In this document: piece after piece, positions 8,169-17,645 of the stretch | Layout of the letters: each line of letters opens with the position of its first letter | Position numbering within the stretch: the first letter of the stretch is position 1 | Position numbers and translations under genes: made by a program | Notes under the pieces: model-generated | Databases searched by the model: none | The model's input: only the letters and a program-made list of their open reading frames with translations | What the model was told of the DNA's origin: nothing | NCBI GenBank assembly: GCA_023261815.1 | Contig: JALNKA010000014.1 | Coordinates: forward strand, 1 to 29,517 | DNA from: Candidatus Wolframiiraptor sinensis | GTDB taxonomy: Archaea > Thermoproteota > Nitrososphaeria_A > Caldarchaeales > Wolframiiraptoraceae | Length of the DNA: 29,517 nucleotides | Direction of reading: 5' to 3'

Positions 8169-8945
8169 ATGCCTTCTCGCAGAATGCTGGAGGATAGCGT
8201 GATCCTAGTTGAGCTGGATAAGTCTGTCGACCTGAGCGGTGCTCATGTTATTGATGCTACTCCTTCGGCGGGTATAGCGCCCTCCATAGCGCTCAGCTAC
8301 ATGATAGATGGATTAAGGCCTGTGAAGATCGCGGAGGTCAGGTCCCGCTACTTCCCGCACGTGAGCCTTGTCAGCAATGGCGTTGCTTCTCAGCCGAAGA
8401 TCGAGCTCTACAAGTATGAAAGCGGCGGGGTAAAGCTCGTCCTGATCTCAAGGAATTTCGTCATGGAGGATGGCGAGCCGAGCTACTTAATCGCGGAGAG
8501 GATATACCGGTTCCTCATAGAGCGGAATGCTAGGAACTATTATCTGCTGACCGGCATAAGGCTTACGGGGTCAAGAGGCGTCTACATAGCGTCAGCGGAT
8601 CCCAATAGTATTGGAGTATTCCTTAAGGCTGGCGCGAAGCTCCTGAGAAGCCTTGATGAAGTGCCCGCCGACAAGCTCTCATCGCATCTCATGCACCTCT
8701 ACTTGAAGGGAACAGGCAAGGTCTGGCTGCTCGCCGCCGAGGTGATGCCTTACTTCCCGGATCCAGCCGCCGCAAAGGACCTCCTAGAGCTGTTATCGCG
8801 TGTACTCGGTTTCGAGATAGATCTAGAGAAACTCGAGGATGAAATTAGGAGGCAGAGGGAGATGATAGAGGAGTTTAGGCGAGATTACGAGAGGATGCTC
8901 CAAGACAGGATTAAGGGCGAGAGGGAGCCCCATTACATAGGCTAA
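8169..8945 (+). CDS. PAC2-family proteasome assembly chaperone
   Basis: FPHVSLV and PDPAAAK.LL motifs, a C-terminal coiled coil ending in YIG, and the usual position after nop10. Confidence 0.8.
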   Translation: MPSRRMLEDSVILVELDKSVDLSGAHVIDATPSAGIAPSIALSYMIDGLRPVKIAEVRSRYFPHVSLVSNGVASQPKIELYKYESGGVKLVLISRNFVMEDGEPSYLIAERIYRFLIERNARNYYLLTGIRLTGSRGVYIASADPNSIGVFLKAGAKLLRSLDEVPADKLSSHLMHLYLKGTGKVWLLAAEVMPYFPDPAAAKDLLELLSRVLGFEIDLEKLEDEIRRQREMIEEFRRDYERMLQDRIKGEREPHYIG

Positions 8946-11029
8946 TCGACCAGCTCGTAGATGTAAACATAGGCGTAGCTCGTGTAGGGCTCATCCGAGG
9001 CGTAGACGAGCTTGAAGTGCCTGAGATTAGATGGGTTGTAGATGTGGTATGTCTGGCCACTGATCTGATAGGGCTTAAAGGGGATTAGCTGGCCGAGCGT
9101 TGTCTCGCTCCAGAACTTGTCGGTCGGGCTGCCCTCGGGGGTCATGTACTCGCTCTCGTTCAGCTGATAGCCCTCTTGCACTGCTATCCTCAGCATCCAG
9201 ATCCATTTACCTTCATCGCCATATCCCAGGAGAACTCCGGCTTGCTGGCCATAGGGGTAGTGCGTCACGAAGATCAAGACATGCGTTGCTCCGAGAGTCT
9301 TGAACACCTTGTAGGCTGTCTCCTCGGGGGACATGAATGCGTATCCCACCTCGCCTATCTGAGTCGAGTTAAGTGTGGCGTTATCTACGATGCTTGTCCT
9401 ATTGCCGAGTATCGTTATCCAGTAGCCGTAATCCCACCATGATGCCACCACAGAGTCCTCTGGCAGGTTCTCCCTCATCCACTCAAGTGCTTTAAGCCAC
9501 GATGCTATCTCCATTCTAGCCCCGATGGATGAGGAGACTATCGTGGGCGGAGCATAAGCCGCATCTATCCCGGATAGTGGATACCTGATCCCATAGGCGC
9601 CTGGAGTGAATGAGAAGAGGAGGATGAAGCCCACTAGGATGGGGGTCAAAAGATAATACTCGATTCCGACCGCCCTGGTCTTGGGCTTAAGCGCCGTGGC
9701 CTTCAAGCTTCTCGCGAAGCCCGTGACGAGCTCCGCGAGCCCAAGGCCGGCTAGAATTGCAACAAAGGGCGCTGCTAGCGTCGATAGCCTAACCATCGTT
9801 GATGCGAAGTATATGCTCAGGATCGCGAATACCGCGAGTATTAAGTCCTCATCCCTCCTTCGCCTCAGCGCGTAGTAGACGCCAACGATCATCAGAATTG
9901 ACTGGAACCCGAAATCTCTGAAAAGCATGCTCCATGTTGAGAGCTGGTTCTCGGCGACGGATACGAATATCGGCAGATCATATCTGAGTGATGGAATGAG
10001 GACGCTGAGGAACTTGAAGCCCGGAAGCCCGGCGGCGCCCAGCACCATGAGAGCGGCGAAGCCGAGAACGCTGGCCGCAATCACGTAGTATGGAAGCCTT
10101 TTAGTATGCTTTCCCTCGGGCAGGAGCCTCGAGACCTCGAAGGATAGGAGTATTATGAAGGCCGCGAAGCCGGCGAGTATCGTCATCTCCCTAAGGTATC
10201 CTGGGCCGAGCTTCGGAACCATCACCGCTATCAGGGTATAAGTTGAGAAGGTTATGGTGAAGGCGGTCAGCAATTCTCTTCTATATCTCCCGAGGAGCGC
10301 GAGTAGGACAGATATCAGGGGGATGAAGGCTAACGGGAACCTCGCGGCTCCCCAGCTAGCGGACATATATCCGAAGGATAAGCCCGCTAGAACTGCGTAA
10401 GCGACCACACCTCTTTGGCTCCTGTCATCCTTCAGCGCCTGAATGTAGGCCCAGATGCCTATCAGCATGAGGGGGAGGCCTATGCTCTCGTCATCAAACC
10501 AGCCGAAGAGGCTTCTCTCAATGTGCCCGCTACTGATCGACAGGAAGAATGCTGAGAGGAGTCCGGCCGGCTTTCCGCCCAGCTCCCTTCCCAGCAGATA
10601 TGCGAAGATTATGGTTATTACTGCCATCATCGGCGGAAACATTGCCGCGAGCTCAAGAGCATTCACTTCAACGCCCATCCCGTGGAGCAGGTGATAGATG
10701 AAGGCCGCCATGAATGGTAGGCCTGGGAATGCGGTCCTCCCAATATCTCTCCCATGAGGATACCAAGATGTATAGTCATGCCAGCTGAAGAAGTCTATAA
10801 ACCCCCTCCAACCCCTCTCGATGACATAGTTCATCTCCTTGAATTGCATCCATGGATCGAACTCCATCAAGTATACTCCCCATCTCATTGGCAGAATTCT
10901 GATCATGAAGCCGAGGAGTAGTATGGATATCAGGAGGAAGATTTCAAACAGCATCAGCCTGCCCTTCAGAGCCCCCTTCACGGCTCCAGCCAGCTTACCG
11001 CCAAACCTCTTCATCGATCTCGGGTGCAT
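8942..11029 (-). CDS. aglB: Oligosaccharyltransferase AglB (STT3 family)
   Basis: EFDPW, GWFDDE, SVAE, WWDYG, DNAT and DEGK motifs; many TM helices. Confidence 0.95.
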   Translation of the reverse strand: MHPRSMKRFGGKLAGAVKGALKGRLMLFEIFLLISILLLGFMIRILPMRWGVYLMEFDPWMQFKEMNYVIERGWRGFIDFFSWHDYTSWYPHGRDIGRTAFPGLPFMAAFIYHLLHGMGVEVNALELAAMFPPMMAVITIIFAYLLGRELGGKPAGLLSAFFLSISSGHIERSLFGWFDDESIGLPLMLIGIWAYIQALKDDRSQRGVVAYAVLAGLSFGYMSASWGAARFPLAFIPLISVLLALLGRYRRELLTAFTITFSTYTLIAVMVPKLGPGYLREMTILAGFAAFIILLSFEVSRLLPEGKHTKRLPYYVIAASVLGFAALMVLGAAGLPGFKFLSVLIPSLRYDLPIFVSVAENQLSTWSMLFRDFGFQSILMIVGVYYALRRRRDEDLILAVFAILSIYFASTMVRLSTLAAPFVAILAGLGLAELVTGFARSLKATALKPKTRAVGIEYYLLTPILVGFILLFSFTPGAYGIRYPLSGIDAAYAPPTIVSSSIGARMEIASWLKALEWMRENLPEDSVVASWWDYGYWITILGNRTSIVDNATLNSTQIGEVGYAFMSPEETAYKVFKTLGATHVLIFVTHYPYGQQAGVLLGYGDEGKWIWMLRIAVQEGYQLNESEYMTPEGSPTDKFWSETTLGQLIPFKPYQISGQTYHIYNPSNLRHFKLVYASDEPYTSYAYVYIYELVD

Positions 11030-11087
11030 CTATTTCTATCTCAATCAATCTATTCAAATATATGTTTTCTCTCCTCTTGATGGTAGT

Positions 11088-11378
11088 CTAGGATTTTATC
11101 TCGAAGCGCTCGCCGGAGCAGTGGACGAGACCTTTCACCCTCCTGATGAATGAGGTGCAGACAAAGCATCTTAGAAATGATACTTTCTCCCCTTTTAAGG
11201 GGCACTCGACGTATTCCCGCTTATCCAGTAGGCGTTTTCCCGTGAGGGCTTTCAAGGCTTCTGATGTCTCCTTTTCGATCTTCAGAGGCTTCTCCGCTCT
11301 CTCGACCTTCAACACGAATCTAGCCTCCTTGACCATGCATGTTGATGCGCTTAGCCGCCTTTTTATCATATTGCTCAC
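11088..11378 (-). CDS. Small hypothetical protein with four Cys (possible metal binding)
   Basis: 96 aa with ECPLK...CFVC...HCSG; fills the gap between aglB and the divergent DUF35 gene. Confidence 0.65.
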   Translation of the reverse strand: MSNMIKRRLSASTCMVKEARFVLKVERAEKPLKIEKETSEALKALTGKRLLDKREYVECPLKGEKVSFLRCFVCTSFIRRVKGLVHCSGERFEIKS

Positions 11379-11430
11379 TCTCCGGGGATAGTGGTTTTCC
11401 TTATTAAATGGCTTGGATCAGGAGATGCTG

Positions 11431-11922
11431 ATGAGCGAGGGCACGAATTTATCCGAGCTCTTCCCGATCATGGTGGATGATAAGTCCGGAGCCATGCTCT
11501 GGAAGGATCTCAGAACCCTTGTACTCCAATACGTGATGCCTGTGGGAAGATTGAGGAAATTCTATGAGGGGATTGCTAGAGGGGTGCTTTACGGGACCCG
11601 GTGCCCCAAATGCGGCGCGAAATACTTTCCGCCGAGGCCAGATTGCTCTCGCTGCGGCTCGAGCGATCTCGAGTGGATCGAGGTTAGCAGGGAGGGAAGG
11701 TTACTAGCCCACGCGGTCGTCAACATTAAGCCGGAGAGCTATCAACGATACGAGGATTACACGGTCGGGATCGCGGAGATGGATGATGGGTTTAAGGTTC
11801 TAGCGTGGATCAGATGCGATGATCCGAAGAAGCTAAGACGCGGCGCGCGAGTAAGGCTCGAGATAGCCAAGATTAGGGAAAATGATATCCCATTCTACCA
11901 CTTGATCCCCGCTGAAGAGTGA
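11431..11922 (+). CDS. DUF35 Zn-ribbon/OB-fold protein
   Basis: FYEG...GTRCPKCGAKYFPPRPDCSRCG...G.L...V. GGAG precedes ATG 11431; the ORF extends to 11413. Confidence 0.9.
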   Translation: MSEGTNLSELFPIMVDDKSGAMLWKDLRTLVLQYVMPVGRLRKFYEGIARGVLYGTRCPKCGAKYFPPRPDCSRCGSSDLEWIEVSREGRLLAHAVVNIKPESYQRYEDYTVGIAEMDDGFKVLAWIRCDDPKKLRRGARVRLEIAKIRENDIPFYHLIPAEE

Positions 11923-11941
11923 ACTTCGATGAGAAGGGTGC

Positions 11942-13159
11942 TTAAGTCTTCTTTCGCCCCGATATTATCGAGAGCACATCCCTATCCTTGAGCTTATAGC
12001 TCGCCGGAAGTCTGAGCCCCGTCCGCGCATCGATGGCGTATAGTATTCCCTTTGCCAGGTCGCTGTGTATCTCCCTCGCAAGATCCTCGACTGACGCGCC
12101 CTCGGGCATCAGGTATGCATCCGGAAGGACATTGCCCTTATGGTCAGATAGCTTCTTGATGTCGTAGACCGGGTAGACGGCGCTCATCTTGAGGAGCTTG
12201 AAGACGGCGACGTTCAGGGCGAACTGTACGCCAGTCCTCATATACTCGTCTAGAACCTTGCGCCTGATTATCTCTAATGCCCACCTCTGCTTATCCGTCA
12301 GAGCCGCCTCGTTGGGGATCTCGAACTTCTCCTCGCCCGGTACATATTTTATCAACCCCTTCTGCTCGGCTCTCCTGAGTATCAGCTCGGCCTCCGCGCT
12401 ACATGGAACAACTATTTTATCCACCAAGTTATCCCTGAGCCTTCTGAAGTTCTCGGGCGCCGTGTCGAGATCCATCTTGTTAGCGACAACGATCGTCGGC
12501 TTCGAGATCTCGCGCAACGCCGTCGCGAACTTCCGGTCATCGGATGGAGTCCAGTTCTCGAACTCCTTCTTATCCAAGCCCGTGACCTCGAGAGCCCTCT
12601 TAATATCACGAGCCGACACCTTCACGCCCCTGAAAACCTCCTCCATCGCGGCTGGGAGCTCCAGGCCCTTCTTCAACCCCTTGATTATCTTCTCCTCGGA
12701 GCGCTCGAGAAGCTTGATAAACCACATTATCAGCTCCTCCTCGATGTCATAATAGTCGGCGAGAGGGTCACCCGTCCCCGGCTCTGCGAGCCTACCCTCC
12801 TCATCGACGCTGCCGCTAGCATCAACAACGTGGAGAAGCGCATCCGATTGAGATGCCACTGAGAGGAACTGGTTTCCGAGGCCCTTGCCAGCCCAGGCGC
12901 CCTTAATCAGCCCGGGAAGATCTATGAGCTCTATCGGGATATGCCTCCACCCGTTAATGCACTGGGAGTTTCTGGGATTATCTTGGACGTTGAACTCCCT
13001 GCAGACGCATAGGGTCACGACGTGGGCTGTCCCATAATTCGGCTCCTTCGTCGTGAAGGGGTATGTTGATACCTCGGCGGTCCCGAGGGTCGCGGCGTTG
13101 AAGAACGTGGTCTTCCCGGTATTCGTCTTGCCTATGAGGCCTATTCTCACTAGGGCCAA
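11942..13159 (-). CDS. ychF: YchF/Obg-family ATPase/GTPase with TGS domain
   Basis: GKTNTGKTT, YPFTT, DLPG, GLGNQFL, NKMD and a C-terminal TGS domain (IHSDL). Confidence 0.93.
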   Translation of the reverse strand: MALVRIGLIGKTNTGKTTFFNAATLGTAEVSTYPFTTKEPNYGTAHVVTLCVCREFNVQDNPRNSQCINGWRHIPIELIDLPGLIKGAWAGKGLGNQFLSVASQSDALLHVVDASGSVDEEGRLAEPGTGDPLADYYDIEEELIMWFIKLLERSEEKIIKGLKKGLELPAAMEEVFRGVKVSARDIKRALEVTGLDKKEFENWTPSDDRKFATALREISKPTIVVANKMDLDTAPENFRRLRDNLVDKIVVPCSAEAELILRRAEQKGLIKYVPGEEKFEIPNEAALTDKQRWALEIIRRKVLDEYMRTGVQFALNVAVFKLLKMSAVYPVYDIKKLSDHKGNVLPDAYLMPEGASVEDLAREIHSDLAKGILYAIDARTGLRLPASYKLKDRDVLSIISGRKKT

Positions 13160-13455
13160 GCTTAGAGACTCACCCCAATGATGAGAAGGGGAGGCTGGTA
13201 GAAAACCTTATTCTCGGCCGGCTTCAAGGAGGCTGCCCCCGCCTAAAGCAGGGCTACGAATAAGAGTATTGCCAGAAGTAGCGTGTTCAAGACTATTAAG
13301 GCCGTGAGCTTTATCTGCGAGAGCGATGATCTCCGCTCCATCCCGGAGATTAACACGCCTCATGGATGGTTTAATTCTTGCGATTCTAGAACCGTCGCAC
13401 CCATATTCTGGACCGCATTCTAGTAATTCTAGGAGAGTCTTCATCCGCTTTTGAT

Positions 13456-14037
13456 CTATTCATCGGCCTGCTCCTGCTCTTTCTCCCCGCCTTGAGCCGA
13501 CTCCTCCAGGCGGAACTCGAGGATCGATTTCAGGAGCTCCTGCTGATCCACCTCGACCCTCGTCCGCCAGCCCACCACTAGGACATCGTCATCCATCTTC
13601 TCTAGGTAGCCTCTTCGAATAGCCCTCTCGATATACGCCTCGGCCTTCCACCTCGGGAGCTTTGCCTCTAGGACTTCTAGGATATCCCTTAGAGGAGCCT
13701 TGCCTCCCCTGCTGGCTAGGATGGATAGGGCCACTGCTAGGGCCGCGACCTCATCTATGCTCCAGCCGGCCGCCACGAGATCTGATAAGGTCAATTGATG
13801 TGAGAGGACTATGTAGAACCTGGCCTTATCCAGATCACCACCTTCCTCGAGGACCGTCTTCACCTCGAGCCCCATTCTCTTGAGATATGAGTTCAGGGCA
13901 TCGATTACCTTCATATAGTTTTTGCCGAGCTTCTGCTTCAGCTCCCATCCTTTGACGCCGGGCCTGCGGTGGCTTCGGAATAGCAACATCGCGGCCGCGA
14001 CCGCGAGCTTTCTCGAGAAAGCCTCATCGCTGCTCAT
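13456..14037 (-). CDS. Kite-type (ScpB/Nse1/Nse3-like) tandem winged-helix protein
   Basis: IDALNSYLKRMGLEVK and IRRGYL...VGWRTRVE resemble Nse1/Nse3 WH-A and WH-B; directly follows the kleisin gene. Confidence 0.7.
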   Translation of the reverse strand: MSSDEAFSRKLAVAAAMLLFRSHRRPGVKGWELKQKLGKNYMKVIDALNSYLKRMGLEVKTVLEEGGDLDKARFYIVLSHQLTLSDLVAAGWSIDEVAALAVALSILASRGGKAPLRDILEVLEAKLPRWKAEAYIERAIRRGYLEKMDDDVLVVGWRTRVEVDQQELLKSILEFRLEESAQGGEKEQEQADE

Positions 14038-14044
14038 TGGCTCA

Positions 14045-14797
14045 TCAACTCCTCAAGGTTATTACGAGGGAGGACGGCCGTTTTCTCTCCGATTTCTCCC
14101 TCTTGGGCACGAGCTTTATCTCGCCCCTCAGTGGATTCCTTTTGACATCTACGTAACCGTTCGTTATGAGAAAGCTCAGGAGATATGCTCGCTCGAATGT
14201 CTCCTCGAACCCCTTGCCGCGCACGAAATCCCAGTAATCTATCTCACCCTCGAGCCTGTATCTCTCGATCAGCTCTTGATGGAGCTTCTCCAGCTTTTCG
14301 GATAGCTCCTCCTCTAGCTCCAAGCTTCCTCTAGCCTGCTCAACATCTCTCCGAGAGATCTTCCATCCCAAGCTTCTCTCGCCGGTTCTCGGCGGCAGGC
14401 TGAGAAAGTGCTCGATCCCATGCCTAAGCCTGTGAATCGTTATCTGCTCTAGGGAGATTGCCGGTCTCCAAGCCTTGAGGAATGCCCTGACTATTGACTT
14501 GTTGTCGAGCGCGATGAGCCTCGCCTGAATCATCTGAGCATCTATGAAGAGGGATTGGGCTCGCTCCCTAAGCCACTTGTGCTGGAGCGCGATTAATGCG
14601 GCTATTCTATACATGGTCTCGGCGTCTAAGATGTAGTGATCGAGGTCTCCACCCTCCTCGAGAAGCTTCCTGAGCTTCTCCAGCAGCGCCCTCACGTTGA
14701 CTGTGAACGGGTCGAGCCCCCTCCTCTCGATGTTCTCGCAGATCTGTATTATTCTCTCAAGCTCCTCCCTCGAGACCTTGAATGATTTCGAGGACAT
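14045..14797 (-). CDS. Kleisin (ScpA/Nse4-like)
   Basis: N-terminal LDPFTVNV..LL..L helices and C-terminal WH (AYLLSFLITNGYV...GEIKL); start overlaps the SMC stop (TAATG). Confidence 0.75.
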   Translation of the reverse strand: MSSKSFKVSREELERIIQICENIERRGLDPFTVNVRALLEKLRKLLEEGGDLDHYILDAETMYRIAALIALQHKWLRERAQSLFIDAQMIQARLIALDNKSIVRAFLKAWRPAISLEQITIHRLRHGIEHFLSLPPRTGERSLGWKISRRDVEQARGSLELEEELSEKLEKLHQELIERYRLEGEIDYWDFVRGKGFEETFERAYLLSFLITNGYVDVKRNPLRGEIKLVPKREKSERKRPSSLVITLRS

Positions 14798-16554
14798 TAC
14801 TCCGGCCTCCCGATCATGGATTTCCCTCCAACGTTCTGGACTAGTATCACGTTCATGCCTTCCTTCACCGGGATCTTTCCGGGCGTGATTATTATGTACT
14901 GGGATCTCGGCTCCTGCTCAGCCACGTTCACCAGGAGCTTTATCATCCTCTCGCGATTCAGGGGGTCCAAGTGGACGTCAAACTCGTCAACCGCCCTGAA
15001 GGGCGACTTGATGTACCTCTGGAGAGCTAGGAGGAATGCGAGGGTCCCGACGATCCTCTCCCCGCCACTATGGGTTTGGGCGTCGAGTAGGACCGGCTCG
15101 GCGCCCCGGAACCCGACGTGAAGCTCTATGCTCGCCTTCTCCAGATCCTCTAGGTTTCTTAGCACTATTCTTCCCGCGCCATCGACTATTGAGAGGATTG
15201 AGTCGAACTTGGGCTCAACGTCCTTCACGAGGTCTCTCAGGAACTTTCTCCAGAGCTCCTTCCTATACTCGAGCTCCTCCATCGCCTTCTTCAGGTTCTC
15301 CTCGAGCTCCATGGACCTCTGCTCCGTCTCCCTATACCTGGCATCCGCGACGAGATACATGTCCTCAGCCTCCTCGAATACTTCTCCGAGGGATGCTATC
15401 TGGAGCCCAATCGACCGGATATCCTCCAGTATCTCCTGAGGCCTTCTAGCGGTCTTGACCCTCTCCCCGAGAGCTGAAGCGCTCGCCATCTTCTCCGCCA
15501 GCTCCTTCTCGATCCTCTTGAGCTCATAGCCAAGCCTCTTCTGCTCAGACCTGTTCTCCTGGAGCCTGTATTTCGCGACCTCAGCGAGCCCCTTCTCATC
15601 CAATAGCACGTCCAAGTCCTTCCCGAATCCCTCCAAGTTCACGAGCTCGCCGCGCTTAACAGCGTCTATCAGGTCCAAGAGCTTCCGCCTTATCCTCTCG
15701 ACCTCGCCCTCATGATACTCTATCTCACCCAGGAGCTTCCTCTCCTCGAGCATAAGCGCCTCGATCCTCTCTCTGAGCTTGTTCGCCGATGCTTCCGCCT
15801 CGGAGACGAGGGCCCATGCATACTCCAGCTCAAGCCTCCTCTTTTCCCCTTCGAGCCTCCTTTTCATCATAAGCTTCTCGTATTGCTCCTTCCAGTATTC
15901 CACCGCGGCCCTCGCCTCCTCCAGCGCCCTCTTCAAGCTATTCTCCTGAGCCTCTATGTCCCTGAGCTTGGCCTCGGCCTCTATTATCCTCTGCCTGAAC
16001 TGCGATGCGCCGACCGCATCCTCCACCATCTTCAGCTTCTCGACATTGTTCTTGGAGGCGAACTCCTCTATCATGTTCTGATGCATTATTATCAGCATGT
16101 TGTTCGGATTTATCCCGAGCCTTCTCAGGAGATGATCGACCTCCGCCTTGGTCTTAAGCCTGTTATTGACATAATGCCAGTATTCGCCCGTCCTTTTCAG
16201 GTACCTCGTTATCACGAGTTGATCGGATTGCAGCCAGGGGATCGGCCTCCGCCCATCAACCTCCGCGTTATCGAAGATTACCGTTAGCCTCGCCGCCTTC
16301 TCACCTCTCCTTATCAGGTCGCTGAGCTTTCCAGCCCTATCGGTATAAGTTTGACCAAGGGCCACTGATATTCCTAGGAGGATCGAGGATTTCCCGGAGC
16401 CGTTGGGCCCCGTGATCACGTTGAGGCCCGGTGAGAGCGTAATCCTTGAGTACTCGTGACTCATGAAGTTCTCGAGGATGACCTCGCGAATATAGGTGCC
16501 GGTGGGCTTGGAAGCCTCCTCCATCGCGCCGGCGGATTCCCCGCTCGATGCCAT
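14797..16554 (-). CDS. Short SMC-family ATPase (Smc5/6-like, coalescin-like)
   Basis: LENFMSH, Walker A GPNGSGKS, Q-loop (MHQN), signature HSGGE, Walker B/D-loop PFRAVDEFDVHLD; central coiled coil; 585 aa. Confidence 0.9.
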   Translation of the reverse strand: MASSGESAGAMEEASKPTGTYIREVILENFMSHEYSRITLSPGLNVITGPNGSGKSSILLGISVALGQTYTDRAGKLSDLIRRGEKAARLTVIFDNAEVDGRRPIPWLQSDQLVITRYLKRTGEYWHYVNNRLKTKAEVDHLLRRLGINPNNMLIIMHQNMIEEFASKNNVEKLKMVEDAVGASQFRQRIIEAEAKLRDIEAQENSLKRALEEARAAVEYWKEQYEKLMMKRRLEGEKRRLELEYAWALVSEAEASANKLRERIEALMLEERKLLGEIEYHEGEVERIRRKLLDLIDAVKRGELVNLEGFGKDLDVLLDEKGLAEVAKYRLQENRSEQKRLGYELKRIEKELAEKMASASALGERVKTARRPQEILEDIRSIGLQIASLGEVFEEAEDMYLVADARYRETEQRSMELEENLKKAMEELEYRKELWRKFLRDLVKDVEPKFDSILSIVDGAGRIVLRNLEDLEKASIELHVGFRGAEPVLLDAQTHSGGERIVGTLAFLLALQRYIKSPFRAVDEFDVHLDPLNRERMIKLLVNVAEQEPRSQYIIITPGKIPVKEGMNVILVQNVGGKSMIGRPE

Positions 16555-16733
16555 TCTCTCTAAGGCGGTTGAGGAATCCCCATATTAAGGGATATGCCCG
16601 CGCGCTTTTCGAAGCATACTCACGAAAATCTCCCAGAATTATCCCAGTAACTCGGGCGCCCCGCGGTAAAAGCTATTTTAGGACGCGCGTAATCTCCTCC
16701 GCTGGAGAAGCCTCCCGTAAGAGCGGATGGTGG

Positions 16734-17144
16734 ATGTCTGTGGAGATCGATGTGAAGACGACGCTCGAGAAGTTTAGGAGGTTCATGATTCTGAATACCT
16801 GCTACTCCTTCATACCAAAGGGCTACCTGAAAGATCCATCCATCTTTCCTGAGAGGGATCCTCCCGGGAGAATTCACGTGGAGGCGGTCTCAAAGTTCAG
16901 TCTGGAGACCGTTAAGGAGATAAAGTTCGTCAAGGCTTATGAGGTCCTCGGGATCATCTACAACTCCAAGAGCGGGAATACGAGCCTGATCTGGAGGCAG
17001 GTTAAGGGGGCCATTGGGAGGGTCTCGGGCAAGGCGTCCCCGAACTCGATCGTGAACCTCGTTGAAGCCGAGGTCCTGCCGAAATCCCATGTGAAGAGAT
17101 TACTCAAGGAGCTTGAGGCCAGGGCTGGGTCAGATGAGGCGTAG
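16734..17144 (+). CDS. Hypothetical protein (136 aa), divergent from the SMC operon
   Basis: Protein-like composition from ATG 16734 (preceded by GGTGG). The upstream extension to 16548 looks like non-coding promoter DNA. Confidence 0.7.
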   Translation: MSVEIDVKTTLEKFRRFMILNTCYSFIPKGYLKDPSIFPERDPPGRIHVEAVSKFSLETVKEIKFVKAYEVLGIIYNSKSGNTSLIWRQVKGAIGRVSGKASPNSIVNLVEAEVLPKSHVKRLLKELEARAGSDEA

Positions 17145-17645
17145 CTTCGCGAGGCACCTCCTGCATGGCCTGCTCATCTTGTAGTCCGTGTCGATTATCG
17201 AGTTGCTGAATGCCATGACGCATCTCCGATCATCGCAGTGCGTCAGCCCATGGAGGTGGCCGACCTCGTGCACCGCCTCCTTAACCGCCCTCTCTTTCAA
17301 TAGGCTGTGGTCCGGCGGCTGGCCATAGAATTCGGGGAAAAGCCTGTGAACCGAAATTATCGCAACGCCCCTCCACGCGAGGCCGAAGACGAAGTTCAGC
17401 CCTGCTGCGTAGAGATCCTTATCCGTTACTAGGAGTATGTACTCGTCCTCACCGAGCATCTCGCGGTAGTATTGAACTATCTTCCATGCATCATACTGCC
17501 CTCTATCGCGGTCGAGGAAACCTTTTCCGATCAGGTTCTCCGCGAACTCTATCTCGACCACTTCGCCGTAAACTCTCCTCAGCGCCTCCGCGATCTCCCT
17601 GAGCACCTCCTCATCCGCAAACTCCGAGATCAGCTTTATTCTCAT
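17130..17645 (-). CDS. amzA: Archaemetzincin Zn metalloprotease
   Basis: LNFVFG and HEVGHLHGLTHC...CVM.FSNS...C..C. Confidence 0.93.
   Translation of the reverse strand: MRIKLISEFADEEVLREIAEALRRVYGEVVEIEFAENLIGKGFLDRDRGQYDAWKIVQYYREMLGEDEYILLVTDKDLYAAGLNFVFGLAWRGVAIISVHRLFPEFYGQPPDHSLLKERAVKEAVHEVGHLHGLTHCDDRRCVMAFSNSIIDTDYKMSRPCRRCLAKLRLI

Noticed and set aside
13208-13444. Adenosylhomocysteinase fragment (LRDGAEIIALAD)
   Set aside because: The resemblance is short and lacks the conserved GRLVN motif.
13456-16554. Wadjet (JetABCD) or Rad50/Mre11
   Set aside because: No JetD or Mre11 gene is adjacent, there is no zinc hook, the SMC is much shorter than JetC, and the context is housekeeping.
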